In this document: positions 33,535-45,443 of the stretch, piece by piece
Layout: the number at the start of each line of letters is the position of its first letter
Numbering within the stretch: the first letter of the stretch is position 1
NCBI GenBank assembly: GCA_963767925.1
Contig: CAVYGB010000008.1
Span: 1,696,001 to 1,760,000 of the forward strand
Reading direction: 5' to 3'
From: an uncultured delta proteobacterium
GTDB lineage: Bacteria > Myxococcota_A > Polyangia > Fen-1088
DNA length: 64,000 nucleotides
The notes under the pieces: model-generated
What the model was told of the DNA's origin: nothing
Seen by the model: only the letters and a program-made list of their open reading frames with translations
Databases searched by the model: none
Program-made: the position numbers and the translations under genes

Positions 33535-33936
33535 ATGAAACGTATTCTTTTCGTCGACGATCACCCCTCGGTACTGGCTGGTGTCTGCAACAGCCTCGGC
33601 AACAGAAGGGCAGAGTGGGAGCCGGTGCTGGCTCTCGATGCAGAGGACGCTCGCGAGCAGCTCGCGGGCCAGGAGTTCGATGCGATCGTGTGTGACATCC
33701 ACCTGCCCGGTGAAGACGGCGAGGAGCTCCTGCGCGAGATGGCCCAGAAATACCCGCAGATGCCGCGGATCGTGCTGACCCGCGACTGCTACTCGGAGCG
33801 GGCGCGCCGAGCGACCAGCCTCTGTCACAGCCTGCTCGAGAAGCCCTGCCCGGGGGACGTGCTGCAGAAGGCCCTGGCCCACCTGCTCGACGATCACCCC
33901 CCTACCCCACCCGCGTCTCCTCCGGGAGCGGGCTGA
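33535..33936 (+). CDS. Single-domain response regulator (receiver)
   Basis: ILFVDD, phosphoacceptor IVCD..LP..DG, VLT and KP; GGAGG RBS. Confidence 0.9.
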   Translation: MKRILFVDDHPSVLAGVCNSLGNRRAEWEPVLALDAEDAREQLAGQEFDAIVCDIHLPGEDGEELLREMAQKYPQMPRIVLTRDCYSERARRATSLCHSLLEKPCPGDVLQKALAHLLDDHPPTPPASPPGAG

Positions 33937-35485
33937 GCCGCGCCAGCACCCGCGCCACCGCCTCGGGCAGGTCGCCCGCGACGAGATGGCGCAGGCCCAG
34001 GGCGGCCCGGGCCTCTGCGGCGCTCTCGCCGTGAACGAAAACGCCCAGCAGGGCCGCCTCCGCTGCTGGTAACCGCTGGGCCAGGAGCGCCGCGATGACG
34101 CCGGTCAAGACGTCGCCGCTCCCGGCCGTCCCAAGGGAAGGGTCGGCGGCCGGATTCAGCCAGGCGCGCCCATCCGCCAGGGCGATCACCGAGCGGGCCC
34201 CCTTTAGCACCACCACCGCCCCGGTCGCCGCCGCCAGCCGGCGGGCCACCCCCAGGCGGTCGCTCTGGACGGCCTCTGTGCTCGTGCCGAGCAGCCGGGC
34301 CATCTCACCCGGGTGGGGGGTCAAAACGCGGGCCGCGGGCGCGCGCGCGAGCCAGGCGGGCGCCTCGCTGGCGAGGTGGTTGAGGCCGTCGGCGTCGATC
34401 ACCAGCGGCAGGGGCAGCTCGGCGGCCATCCGGCGCACCAGCGCCTGGGTGCCCGGGCCCGTGGGAATGCCCGGGCCGAGGGCCACCGCCTGCATGCGCC
34501 GCCCCAGCTCGAGGATCTGCCCGAAGCTCTGGTCGTCAGCGTCGGGGCCGCCCGTGTAGCAGGCGGTCATGACCTCCAGCACCTTGGCGTCGAGCGCGGT
34601 CTGCCCCTCCCGGGTCGAGGCGATGGTCGCCATGCCCGCGCCCGCGCGCAGGGCGGCCCGCGCCGCCAGGGCCGCCGCGCCCGTCTTGCCGGCCGATCCC
34701 GCGACGATCAGGGCATGCCCCCGGGTCCCCTTGTGCCCCGCGGAGCCGGGGCGGGGCGCCAGCGCCGCGACCTCCGCCTCCTCCAGGTACCGGCACAGGG
34801 GACCCTCCGCCTGCGCCGCCGCAGCCAGGCCTTCCACCGAGACGCCGAGGTCGACCACCGCGAGCCGGCCGACCGCCGCCTCGGCGTCGAGCACGAGCCC
34901 CAGCTTGAGCGCGCCCATGGTGGCGCTGAGGTCGGCCTTGACCGCCACCCCCCGAACCCGGCCGCTGTCGGCGTCCAGGCCGGACGGGACATCGACGGCC
35001 ACCCGGTACGCGCGGGCGCCATTCATCGCCGCGATGGCCGCCGCCGGCGCGCCCTGCACCTCGGAGCGCAGGCCGGTGCCGAAGATGGCATCGACGATCA
35101 GCTCCGTCCCCGCCAGGCGTCGGCACCAGCTCGCCGGATCTTCGTCGCCGGCGTGATCTTCGATTGCGATCCCCAGCCGTTCGGCGACCGTCAAGAAGAC
35201 CCGGGCATCCCCGGATACCCGGGCCCGGGGGGCGACGAGGTGAACCCTGACGTCGGCACCCCCGCCGGCGAGGTGGCGGGCGATGACGAAGCCGTCTCCA
35301 CCGTTCTGACCGGCCCCGCACACGACCGCGATCTTGCCGGCCAGGAGATCCGGGCGCGCCTGGCGGATCGCCGCCACCGTCCCCCGACCGGCGTTCTCCA
35401 TCAGCACCAGCCCGGGCAGGCCGAGCCCCTCTATGGCGGCACGGTCGACCGCCCGCATCTGTGCCGCCGTGAGCGCCATCGCCAT
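33902..35485 (-). CDS. nnr: Bifunctional NAD(P)H-hydrate epimerase/dehydratase (YjeF)
   Basis: LMENAG, G.GQNGGDG, DAIFGTG, HKG.RG, DADGLN, TPHPGEM and TAGSGDVL.G. Confidence 0.95.
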   Translation of the reverse strand: MAMALTAAQMRAVDRAAIEGLGLPGLVLMENAGRGTVAAIRQARPDLLAGKIAVVCGAGQNGGDGFVIARHLAGGGADVRVHLVAPRARVSGDARVFLTVAERLGIAIEDHAGDEDPASWCRRLAGTELIVDAIFGTGLRSEVQGAPAAAIAAMNGARAYRVAVDVPSGLDADSGRVRGVAVKADLSATMGALKLGLVLDAEAAVGRLAVVDLGVSVEGLAAAAQAEGPLCRYLEEAEVAALAPRPGSAGHKGTRGHALIVAGSAGKTGAAALAARAALRAGAGMATIASTREGQTALDAKVLEVMTACYTGGPDADDQSFGQILELGRRMQAVALGPGIPTGPGTQALVRRMAAELPLPLVIDADGLNHLASEAPAWLARAPAARVLTPHPGEMARLLGTSTEAVQSDRLGVARRLAAATGAVVVLKGARSVIALADGRAWLNPAADPSLGTAGSGDVLTGVIAALLAQRLPAAEAALLGVFVHGESAAEARAALGLRHLVAGDLPEAVARVLARLSPLPEETRVG

Positions 35486-35537
35486 GGCCCATTCCTACAG
35501 CGACCCCGCAGCGAGGTCACGCAGGAAGGGCGACGGG

Positions 35538-36911
35538 TCAGGCGCGGGCGCCGAGGGCGCGCTTGAGGACGTCCGCGATCGACTCGGCGTGGCCCCGGAT
35601 CACGCGCTCGTCCTGACCTTCGATCATCACGCGGGCCTTCTTCTCGGTTCCCGAGTAGCGGACCAGGACCCGCCCGTCGCTGCCCAGCGACTTCTCGACC
35701 GAGGCGATGGCGGCGCAGACCGTCGGGAGCTCCTCGATGGGGCGCTTCTCGGCCACCTCGAAGTTGAGCAGCACCTGCGGGTAGCGGATCATCGTGCCCG
35801 CGAGATCGGCGAGGGCCGCGCCCTCCTCGACCATGATGGCGAGCACGCGCAGGGCCGCCAGCACCCCGTCGCCGGTGGTCGACTGGTCGAGAAACACGAG
35901 GTGGCCCGACTGCTCGCCGCCCAGCAGGTAACCGTGCTCCCGCATGGCCTCGACGACGTAGCGGTCGCCCACGGCGGTGCGCAGCAGGCGCCCGCCCTTT
36001 CCGGTCAGGACGCGCTCCAGGCCGAGGTTCGACATGACGGTGGCCACCACCGTCCCGCCGGGCAGGGCCCCGCGATCGAGCAGGCGGGTGCCCAGGATGG
36101 CCATCACCTGATCGCCGTCGACCGAGCGCCCCGAAGAGTCGCACAGGATCAACCGATCGGCGTCGCCGTCGAGGGCGACCCCCAGCGCGGCGCCGCTGCG
36201 CCGCACCTCCTCGCCCATCCGCTCGGGGTGGAGCGCGCCGCAACGGTCGTTGATGTTGCGACCGTCGGGGCTGATCCCCAGCGCCACCACCTCGGCCCCC
36301 AGCTCGGTGAAGACCTGCGGCGCCACGGCATAGGCCGCCCCATGGGCACAGTCCACGACGACCTTGATGCCGTCGAGGGTCCGGTGCCGGGGGAAGGCCC
36401 CCTTGAGGAACTGCACGTAGCGCCCGCCGGCATCTTCGATGCGGGTGGCCTTGCCAATCTCACCGGCCGCGCTCGGCGGCCCGTCTTCCTCCATGAGGCC
36501 TTCGATCTCGGCCTCGACCTCGTCGGGCAGCTTGAAGCCGTCGGCGGCGAAGATCTTGATCCCGTTGTCCTGATAGGGATTGTGCGAAGCGCTGATCACC
36601 ACGCCGGCATCCGCCCGCATCGAGGACGTGATGAAGGCGATGCCGGGCGTGGGCAGCGGCCCCACCAGCATGACGTCGGCGCCGGCCGACACGATGCCGG
36701 CCTCGAGCGCGCTCTCCAGCATGTAGCCGGACAGCCGGGTATCCTTGCCGATGACGATCCGCCCTCGCCGCCCGGCCCCCGTGAAACGCCGAGCCACCGC
36801 CCGGCCCAGGCGCAGCGCCACCTCGGCGGTCATCGGGGGCTGGTTGGCCACCCCCCGGATCCCGTCCGTTCCGAACAGCTTTCGAGTTCCCCCCCGCACG
36901 CCCATCGCCAT
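35538..36911 (-). CDS. glmM: Phosphoglucosamine mutase
   Basis: [44 protein letters not shown] and RYSGTE. Confidence 0.97.
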   Translation of the reverse strand: MAMGVRGGTRKLFGTDGIRGVANQPPMTAEVALRLGRAVARRFTGAGRRGRIVIGKDTRLSGYMLESALEAGIVSAGADVMLVGPLPTPGIAFITSSMRADAGVVISASHNPYQDNGIKIFAADGFKLPDEVEAEIEGLMEEDGPPSAAGEIGKATRIEDAGGRYVQFLKGAFPRHRTLDGIKVVVDCAHGAAYAVAPQVFTELGAEVVALGISPDGRNINDRCGALHPERMGEEVRRSGAALGVALDGDADRLILCDSSGRSVDGDQVMAILGTRLLDRGALPGGTVVATVMSNLGLERVLTGKGGRLLRTAVGDRYVVEAMREHGYLLGGEQSGHLVFLDQSTTGDGVLAALRVLAIMVEEGAALADLAGTMIRYPQVLLNFEVAEKRPIEELPTVCAAIASVEKSLGSDGRVLVRYSGTEKKARVMIEGQDERVIRGHAESIADVLKRALGARA

Positions 36912-36928
36912 CCCTCGACCTCCGGTGC

Positions 36929-38866
<1,938 letters not shown>

Positions 38867-38919
38867 TCTTTCTCCTTTTCTTCTTCCAGATGACCCGTCA
38901 AGGGACGGAGCTTCGGAAA

Positions 38920-38948
38920 AGTATTGTCGTCAGATTACCAATCGTCAA
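38920..38948 (-). promoter_or_regulatory. Putative sigma70-type promoter of ftsH (TTGACG-N17-AATACT)
   Basis: Minus strand, 17-nt spacer, in an AT-richer intergenic region. Confidence 0.5.
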
Positions 38949-39029
38949 CGCGCGTTGGCGCTGGAGTCCCTTTTCCGCACGAAAGGTGCTCTTGACTCTG
39001 ACTCGCGATTTTTCGCCTCCTGGCGGACC

Positions 39030-40331
39030 TCAACCGTAGCCCGTTTCCACCTTCACCTCGAGCCACCGGGTCCCGTCCGGGCGAGGCCGCCCCTCCTCCG
39101 ATGGCCGCAGCCCCGGTACGTACAGGATGGGACCGGTTCCGCCGGCTGCCACAAGCGCGGGCAGCCCCCTGCGTTGCGCCCGCGGGATCTTGGCGTCGAC
39201 CAGCAGGTCCTGCAACTTCCGGCTTCCCCGCCCGCCGCGGGGCCGCATGCGGTCCCCGGGCTGGAGCTCCCTCAGGACGAGCCCCTGCCCCAGCAGGTCC
39301 GGGTCGAAGGTGGCCCCGGCCGGCGCTGCGCCCTCGGCCCGCTCGGCCAGCCGGAGGGCTACCCGGACGGGTTTCCCGGCGCCCCCGGCCGTCGTCCAGA
39401 CGTAAGAGCCGGGCCCGCGCACGGCGATGAGCCCGGGGGCGAGGTCCGGTTCGTGCGCGAGCGCCGCGGGGCGCGCGTGGAAGTGAACCTCGCCATACCG
39501 GATCTCCGCCACAGCGCCCTGGATCGACACCCAGCGGGTGCCGCCGGGCCGGGCGGCCAGCCGGGCGATCACCTCCCGGGCACCCCGGCTGACCCGGGGA
39601 TCGGTCGCCCAGGCCGGCGCCAGGTCGGCGCGGCTCTCCCGGCTCCGGCTCGTCTCCTGCGCGCGAACCTGCCGGGCCAGCCCGAGGAGCGCCTCGACGA
39701 TGCGTGGGTTCTCTTCGGCCAGGTACGGCAGCCAGCGGTGCCGGACCCGGCTGCGGGCGAAGCGGGGGTCGGCGTTGGAGGGATCTTCGAGGAAGCTCAG
39801 GCGCCGCCGGCGGAGGAAGGCCAGCACCTCGCGGCGTCGCACATCGAGCAGCGGGCGTACGAACGGCCCGCGCCGGTAGGGAATCCCGGAGAGGCCGCGG
39901 GGGCCGGTCCCCCGCACGATCCGGAAGAGGATGGTCTCGGCCTGATCGTCGGCCGAGTGGCCGAGCGCGATCCGCGCGCAGCCGCGCCGCAGCGCAACCT
40001 GCTCGAGCGCGGCCAGCCGCAACCGGCGGGCGGCGGTCTGGATGGATTCGCCGGGACGGCGGCTGGCCGGGAGGTCGATCTCGATGGTCTGACAGGCGAC
40101 GCCGAGGGCCGCGCAGACGGCGGCCACGTCCCCGGCCTCGACCCGCGAAGCGGGCCGCAGGCCGTGATCGACCGTGGCCGCCTCGAGGGTCACTTGCAGC
40201 CGCGCCTGCAGGTGCAACAGCACGTGGAGCAAGGCGGTCGAGTCAGGTCCGCCCGAGATCGCGACGAGCACCCGGTCTCCGGGCTCGAGGAGCTGCTCGC
40301 GTGAGATGGTGGCGTGCACACGGGACAACAT
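39030..40331 (-). CDS. tilS: tRNA(Ile)-lysidine synthetase
   Basis: AISGGPDS PP-loop, DHGLR, AR..R, GH..DDQAET, RPLL and DPSN. ATG at 40331. Confidence 0.95.
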   Translation of the reverse strand: MLSRVHATISREQLLEPGDRVLVAISGGPDSTALLHVLLHLQARLQVTLEAATVDHGLRPASRVEAGDVAAVCAALGVACQTIEIDLPASRRPGESIQTAARRLRLAALEQVALRRGCARIALGHSADDQAETILFRIVRGTGPRGLSGIPYRRGPFVRPLLDVRRREVLAFLRRRRLSFLEDPSNADPRFARSRVRHRWLPYLAEENPRIVEALLGLARQVRAQETSRSRESRADLAPAWATDPRVSRGAREVIARLAARPGGTRWVSIQGAVAEIRYGEVHFHARPAALAHEPDLAPGLIAVRGPGSYVWTTAGGAGKPVRVALRLAERAEGAAPAGATFDPDLLGQGLVLRELQPGDRMRPRGGRGSRKLQDLLVDAKIPRAQRRGLPALVAAGGTGPILYVPGLRPSEEGRPRPDGTRWLEVKVETGYG

Positions 40332-40397
40332 GACGACGGAGCATTGCCCCGACCGCGATTGCTGGCCCGGGACGACGCCTTCCCCCATAGTCTTTCC

Positions 40398-42116
40398 GTG
40401 AAAACGACCGGCCGCCAAGGGGGCTCGAGCAAAGAACGCGGAAAACCTGCACCGCAAGACGTGGTCGAGCTCTCCCGCTTCCGGGCCGGACTGGGTCGGG
40501 GCCGGCGGCAGCGCCGGGCCGACCTCCTGTTCGCCACGCCCGATCCCCGGGCGGCCATCCAGGCCCTGCCCGGTGACGAGTTTTACTACCTGATCAACGA
40601 GATCGGGTTCCCCGAGGGGGTCGAGATCCTGGTTCATGGAACCTCCGAGCAGGTGCAGGCCGCGCTCGACTTCGCCCTGTGGAATCGAGATCGGCTCGAG
40701 CCAGAGGCGGTGGAGGAGTGGCTCGCCGCCATCGTCGACGCCCCCTCGGAGGCGGTGGCCGCCTGGGCCAAGGGCATCGACGTCGAGCTCCTGGCCCTGC
40801 TCCTGCGCCAGCGGGCACGGGTCTACGATCTGACGCTCGAGGAGCCGCCCGACGAGCCGGAGGGCGCCTTCTACAACACGCCCGACAGCTTCTTCACCCT
40901 CGATCTGCTGGGCAATGAGGACTCTCGCTACGTCACCTACCGCCTCCTCGATGCCCTTTACAGCCAGGACTACATCTACAGCCGGAAGATCCTGGTCGGC
41001 ACGCGCGGCGAGCTGGACGTCGAGCTCGAGGAGCAGGCCTACCGCTGGCGCTCGGGGCGCATGGCCGACCTCGGTTTCACCGAATATTACGAGGCCCTCG
41101 AGGTCTACCGGGAGATCGATCCGGCCAGCGTGCGGGTCGGCGGCGCCCGGGCCCCCCGGGTGCGGCCCCTGGTGGACGAGGGCGAGGGGCCCTCGCTGCG
41201 CATCCCCAGCGCGCTCGTGGACAAGCTCGCCTCGGGGTCTCCGTTCGCCCGCGCGATCTCCGGCGTCACCTCTCCCGAGGAGCTGGCCAACCTCAACGCC
41301 TCCCTCGTCGCCCTGTCCAACCGGGTGCTGGCCGCGGACCGGGTGACCCCGGGGGACGACCAGGAAGTGGCGGCCGTGCTCGAACGGATGGCGGCGACGC
41401 TCGACCTGGCGGTCGAGTTCGTGAGCCACGGACGGTCCGACGAGGCCGTGCTGGCCGTGCAGACCGTGCCTCTGTCCCGGCTGTTCCAGCTCGGCGTCAG
41501 CCTGATCGGCAAGGTCCGCCGGCTCGCCGTGACCCTCACCCGCAAGACCCCCTTTTCCCACCTGGCGCCCGATCTGAACCTGTTCCCGGCCACCGAAGCC
41601 GAGGTGCTGGCCGCCTGCCTCCACCCGCGCGCGATGTTTCCCCGAGTGCTCGACACCCCGCCCGCTCCCGGCGAGCGTCCCTTCGGATCGCTCCTCGACC
41701 TGCGCATGGCCACCGCCGCCCTCGAGAGGATCGCGGCGGCGCTGACCTGGCTGCTCGGCTTCGGCGTCCGACCCGAAGACCTGTCGCCCGAGCGGACCGA
41801 CGCCCTGGGCGTGCCGGATCGCGCGGCCCTCGACGCCGGACTGCTGGCGCGGACCCTGCTGGCCCGCGAGCTCCTTGGCGAGCCCCGGCGCGAGCTCACC
41901 CCCCTCGATCCCGGGCAAGTGGCGCGGCTGGAGAGCCGCCTGTCCCAGATCACAGCGTCACCCGAGCTGGCGGCCTCGGAGCGATCCCGCCTCCTCGAGG
42001 CCGGCGCGGCGACCTGGCCCAAACCGCCCCCGCCGTCCGCCGCCCTCGAGGTGCTGGCAACCTGGATAGATGGCCTCTTCGACGAAAGGGCGCTCTCGGT
42101 CCTCGTGCGTCAGTGA
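40398..42116 (+). CDS. Conserved deltaproteobacterial hypothetical protein (DUF6178-like)
   Basis: Patterns LDF.LW.RDR, ELEE.AYRWR.GRMADLGF..Y.EA and L.NRVL.AD, recalled from this family. GTG start is tentative. Confidence 0.7.
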   Translation: MKTTGRQGGSSKERGKPAPQDVVELSRFRAGLGRGRRQRRADLLFATPDPRAAIQALPGDEFYYLINEIGFPEGVEILVHGTSEQVQAALDFALWNRDRLEPEAVEEWLAAIVDAPSEAVAAWAKGIDVELLALLLRQRARVYDLTLEEPPDEPEGAFYNTPDSFFTLDLLGNEDSRYVTYRLLDALYSQDYIYSRKILVGTRGELDVELEEQAYRWRSGRMADLGFTEYYEALEVYREIDPASVRVGGARAPRVRPLVDEGEGPSLRIPSALVDKLASGSPFARAISGVTSPEELANLNASLVALSNRVLAADRVTPGDDQEVAAVLERMAATLDLAVEFVSHGRSDEAVLAVQTVPLSRLFQLGVSLIGKVRRLAVTLTRKTPFSHLAPDLNLFPATEAEVLAACLHPRAMFPRVLDTPPAPGERPFGSLLDLRMATAALERIAAALTWLLGFGVRPEDLSPERTDALGVPDRAALDAGLLARTLLARELLGEPRRELTPLDPGQVARLESRLSQITASPELAASERSRLLEAGAATWPKPPPPSAALEVLATWIDGLFDERALSVLVRQ

Positions 42117-42167
42117 CGAGGCGCGCGTCGGAATCCGGAAACCGGCCGGAACTGACGCGACGCGCAT

Positions 42168-42197
42168 TTGACAATCCCCCTGGCCAGCGCAAAACAT
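42168..42197 (+). promoter_or_regulatory. Putative promoter (TTGACA-N18-AAACAT) for the TPR/Cys-rich lipoprotein genes
   Basis: Consensus -35 hexamer; the -10 is weak. Confidence 0.4.
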
Positions 42198-42228
42198 CCC
42201 TCGTTCCCTTATTTTCGGAGCTTAAGTC

Positions 42229-42849
42229 TTGCGCTGCATTCGGTCTTCGCTCGGCCTCCTGGCCCTGTTGTTCGTCGCCGCTGCCCAGTCGGGGCTCCCG
42301 GCCCGGACGGCCCATGCGCAGCCAGTCACGCCCGAGGAGAGCGCCCGGGCGCATCACGAACAGGGTCGGCTGCAATTTTCCCTGGGACGGTTCGAGACCG
42401 CGATCTCGGAGTTCCGGAAGGCTTACGAGCTGCGCGCCGACCCCTCGTTTCTTTTCGACATCGCCGAGGCGTACCGCTCGCTCGGGGCGCCCGAACGGGC
42501 GGTGTTCTTCTACCGCCGCTACCTGACCACCCACCCCAACCCGCCCAACCGGCCGGAGGTGGAAGCCCAGATCGCGATGATCGAGCCGACCATCCCCCCG
42601 GAGGGGTCGATCGGTCCCACCTCGCTCCGCCTGTCGCCCGCCGCTCCCCCCGAGGTTCTTGCGGCGCCCCTGCTGGCCCGCGAGCGGGTTGTGACGGCCG
42701 ACGAACGGGGCGTGATCGGCAAGTGGTGGTTCTGGACGGCGGTGGGCACGCTGGCGGCTGTGGGGGCCACGGTGGCGATCTTCGCTTTCGGCGAGGGGAG
42801 CCAGGAGCGGGTGCCGAGCTCCGACCTTGGTCACGCCAGGCTTTTCTGA
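42229..42849 (+). CDS. Exported TPR protein with C-terminal KWWFW hydrophobic segment
   Basis: Signal peptide (..AHA), TPR motif A..EF.KAYEL..DP..LF.IA.AY..LG...A...Y.RYL, and KWWFWTAVG. Confidence 0.85.
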   Translation: MRCIRSSLGLLALLFVAAAQSGLPARTAHAQPVTPEESARAHHEQGRLQFSLGRFETAISEFRKAYELRADPSFLFDIAEAYRSLGAPERAVFFYRRYLTTHPNPPNRPEVEAQIAMIEPTIPPEGSIGPTSLRLSPAAPPEVLAAPLLARERVVTADERGVIGKWWFWTAVGTLAAVGATVAIFAFGEGSQERVPSSDLGHARLF

Positions 42850-42856
42850 CGGGCGC

Positions 42857-45283
42857 ATGCGGTCGCGAGCGGTTCGCATTGGCTTGCTGGCGACCGCCCT
42901 CACCCTGGGATGCAAGGACCAGGACGACACAATCCTGATCGTGCGGGTCTCCCTGGCCGACGCTCTCACCGGCGCGCGCGCCGGCGGGCTGCGGGCCACC
43001 GTGAAGGCCGAGACCGGGCGCGAGAGCTCGGCCGAGTTTCGCGGCAAGGACGGTCCGGTGCGGTTCCCCACCAGCTTCTCGCTGCAGCTCCCCCGTTCGG
43101 TCGGCGGTCCGGTCCGGTTCGAGGTGATCGCCCACGACGACGCGGGCGGTGTCATCGCCCGGCACGTGGAGGATCGCCTCGAGATCCGGGTCGGCGTCAC
43201 CAACGACGTGAACGTCGTCCTCGGTTGCCAGGAGGGCGGCTGCAACCCCGATGGCGGTGCCGCCGCCGACGGCCCACTCGGTCCGGGCGGAGGGGACGGC
43301 GCATCCGGCTCCGACGCCGGCGCCGGTCGCTGCGGCAACAGCCTCCTCGACGAGGGAGAGCTGTGTGATCCGGGGATCCCCGCCGGCCGCCGGGGCGCTT
43401 GCCCGCCGACCGATTGCGACGATGGTCTGGATTGCACCCGGGACATTCCGGTGGGCAGCGGCTGCCGGCTCGAATGCCGGTACGAGGAGGTAACCGCGGC
43501 GCTAGCGGGGGATGGCTGCTGCCCCCCCCTGGGGACCGCCGCCAGCGACTCCGACTGCTCTGGCACCTGCGGCGGAGCCACCCTGGAGCCGGGCGAGACC
43601 TGCGACCTCGCGCTGCCCGGCGACCACCCCAACGCCTGCCCGACCGCGGCCCTGTGCGACGATCAGGACGTCTGCTCGCGCGACGAGCTGGTGTCGGCCG
43701 GGACCTGCGCGGCCCGCTGCGCGAATCGACCCATCCAGTCGCCCGCCGCTGGAGACGGGTGTTGCCCGCTCGCCGCCAGCAGCGAGAGCGACCCCGACTG
43801 CGCCGTGGTCTGCGGCAACGGGCGGGTCGAGCCGGAGGGCGGGGAGACCTGCGACAGGGGCTACCGGGCCTCCGATCCGGAGGGCTGTCCCGAGACCTGT
43901 CCGGACGACGGCGACCCCTGCACCTCCGAGACCCTGGTCGGGTCAGGCTGCCAGGTCCGCTGCCTGAGCGCCCGGATCGAACGTTCGGTCGGCGGCGACG
44001 GATGTTGCCTGCCCGGCGTGGGCCGCGCCGTCGATTCGGACTGCCCCGCCGTGTGTGGCAACGGCCTCCTCGAGCCGGGCGAGTACTGCGACAAGGCGAT
44101 CGCGGCCGGCAGCCCGGGGGCCTGCCCCGCGGCCTGCGCCAACCCGGGCGGGCCCTCCTGCCTGGTCGCCCGGCTCGAGGGGACGGCCGACGCCTGCACC
44201 GCCCGCTGCGTCCAGGACGCCATCCAGCTCTGCGCCCGGAACGACGGCTGCTGCCCCGCGGACTGCACGCTCGCCACCGATCCGGACTGCTCCGCCACCT
44301 GCGGCAACGAGGCGGTGGAGGCGGGCGAGACCTGCGACACCGAGATCGGATCGGGAGCCGGGGCTTGCCCCCTGGCCGCCGCCTGCAACGACGCCGACGC
44401 CTGCACCAACGATCGGCTCCTCTCGCCCGGCACCTGCAGCGCTCGCTGCGCCCACACGCCGGTGGTGACCTTCGACGCCGACGGCTGCTGCCCCCCGGGG
44501 GGCAACAACCTCGTCGACGTGGACTGTCCCGCCCGCTGTGGCAACCGGGTTGTCGAGGAGTCGGCCCAGGAGACCTGCGAGAGCGCCTTGCCCGCGGGGG
44601 CGCCGGGCGCCTGCCCGACCGGCTGCCCTGCCCTGCCGACCGGCTGCCTGCGGGGGACCCTTGCGGGCGCCGCCGGCACCTGCAACGCCCGCTGCGTCCT
44701 CGAGCGGCTGAAGCTCTGCCAGCACGGCGATGGCTGCTGTCCTTCCGGTTGCAGCCGGACCGCTGACGACGATTGCCCCGCCGTCTGTGGCAACGCCGTG
44801 CTGGAGGCGGGCGAGAGCTGTGACTGGGCCATTCCCGCGGGCAACCCGGGCGCCTGCAGCTTCCAGTGCGACGACAACAACGCCTGCACCCGGGACCAGG
44901 CGCTGGGGCGGACCTCGGACTGCACGCGGACCTGCCGCCACACCGCCATCCGCGCCTGCCTGAGCGGCGATGGCTGTTGTCCGGCCGGCTGCTCGTCGGG
45001 GAACGACCTCGACTGCCGGGCCCCGGAGTGCGGGAATCAGGCCCTCGAAGCCGGCGAGACCTGCGACCCGCCCAGCTCCTGCCCGATCGAGTGTGTCGAC
45101 GACGGCGACGTCTGCACCACCGGCCTCCTGCGGGGAGACGCCAAGACCTGCGGCGCCTATTGCGATCACGTGCCGATCACCGCCTGCTCCGGCACGCGCG
45201 CCGATCGTTGCTGTCCGGCCGGCTGCCTGGCCCGCACGGACGTCGATTGCGGCGCCCCACCCGCTCGGCCCACGCCCTTCTGA
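42857..45283 (+). CDS. Cysteine-rich repeat lipoprotein
   Basis: Lipobox LTLGC, beta-rich N-domain, then 8 CG(N/G)...E.C(D/E)...CC...DxDC repeats. Confidence 0.88.
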   Translation: MRSRAVRIGLLATALTLGCKDQDDTILIVRVSLADALTGARAGGLRATVKAETGRESSAEFRGKDGPVRFPTSFSLQLPRSVGGPVRFEVIAHDDAGGVIARHVEDRLEIRVGVTNDVNVVLGCQEGGCNPDGGAAADGPLGPGGGDGASGSDAGAGRCGNSLLDEGELCDPGIPAGRRGACPPTDCDDGLDCTRDIPVGSGCRLECRYEEVTAALAGDGCCPPLGTAASDSDCSGTCGGATLEPGETCDLALPGDHPNACPTAALCDDQDVCSRDELVSAGTCAARCANRPIQSPAAGDGCCPLAASSESDPDCAVVCGNGRVEPEGGETCDRGYRASDPEGCPETCPDDGDPCTSETLVGSGCQVRCLSARIERSVGGDGCCLPGVGRAVDSDCPAVCGNGLLEPGEYCDKAIAAGSPGACPAACANPGGPSCLVARLEGTADACTARCVQDAIQLCARNDGCCPADCTLATDPDCSATCGNEAVEAGETCDTEIGSGAGACPLAAACNDADACTNDRLLSPGTCSARCAHTPVVTFDADGCCPPGGNNLVDVDCPARCGNRVVEESAQETCESALPAGAPGACPTGCPALPTGCLRGTLAGAAGTCNARCVLERLKLCQHGDGCCPSGCSRTADDDCPAVCGNAVLEAGESCDWAIPAGNPGACSFQCDDNNACTRDQALGRTSDCTRTCRHTAIRACLSGDGCCPAGCSSGNDLDCRAPECGNQALEAGETCDPPSSCPIECVDDGDVCTTGLLRGDAKTCGAYCDHVPITACSGTRADRCCPAGCLARTDVDCGAPPARPTPF
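43331..45250 (+). repeat. Eight tandem Cys-rich repeats of about 80 aa (about 240 nt)
   Basis: Repeat starts: CGNSLLDEGELCD, CGGATLEPGETCD, CGNGRVEPEGGETCD, CGNGLLEPGEYCD, CGNEAVEAGETCD, CGNRVVEESAQETCE, CGNAVLEAGESCD, CGNQALEAGETCD. Confidence 0.9.
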
Positions 45284-45332
45284 GGCGCGATCCGACGCGC
45301 AGCGGTGGCCCCGGTCCTCCCAACCCGGGCCC

Positions 45333-45361
45333 TTGACCCTGCGGTGGGGTGTGACTATACG
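45333..45361 (+). promoter_or_regulatory. Putative promoter (TTGACC-N17-TATACG) of the ABC operon
   Basis: 17-nt spacer, about 80 nt upstream of ATG 45444. Confidence 0.45.
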
Positions 45362-45443
45362 ACTGGCTCATCGAAATTGGACCCCGGCCGGGAATAGTCC
45401 TCGGCTCCGGCGGATTCCAATGGCCTGAAAAGATGAGGTCCCG

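Noticed and set aside
39030..41918. 962-aa TilS with a huge N-terminal extension
   Set aside because: The extension is the antisense of the DUF6178-like gene. TilS homology starts at ATG 40331.
43331..45250. Repeats as a possible CRISPR array or mobile element
   Set aside because: The repeats are degenerate, codon-phased and inside an ORF. There are no identical direct repeats with spacers and no cas or transposase genes.
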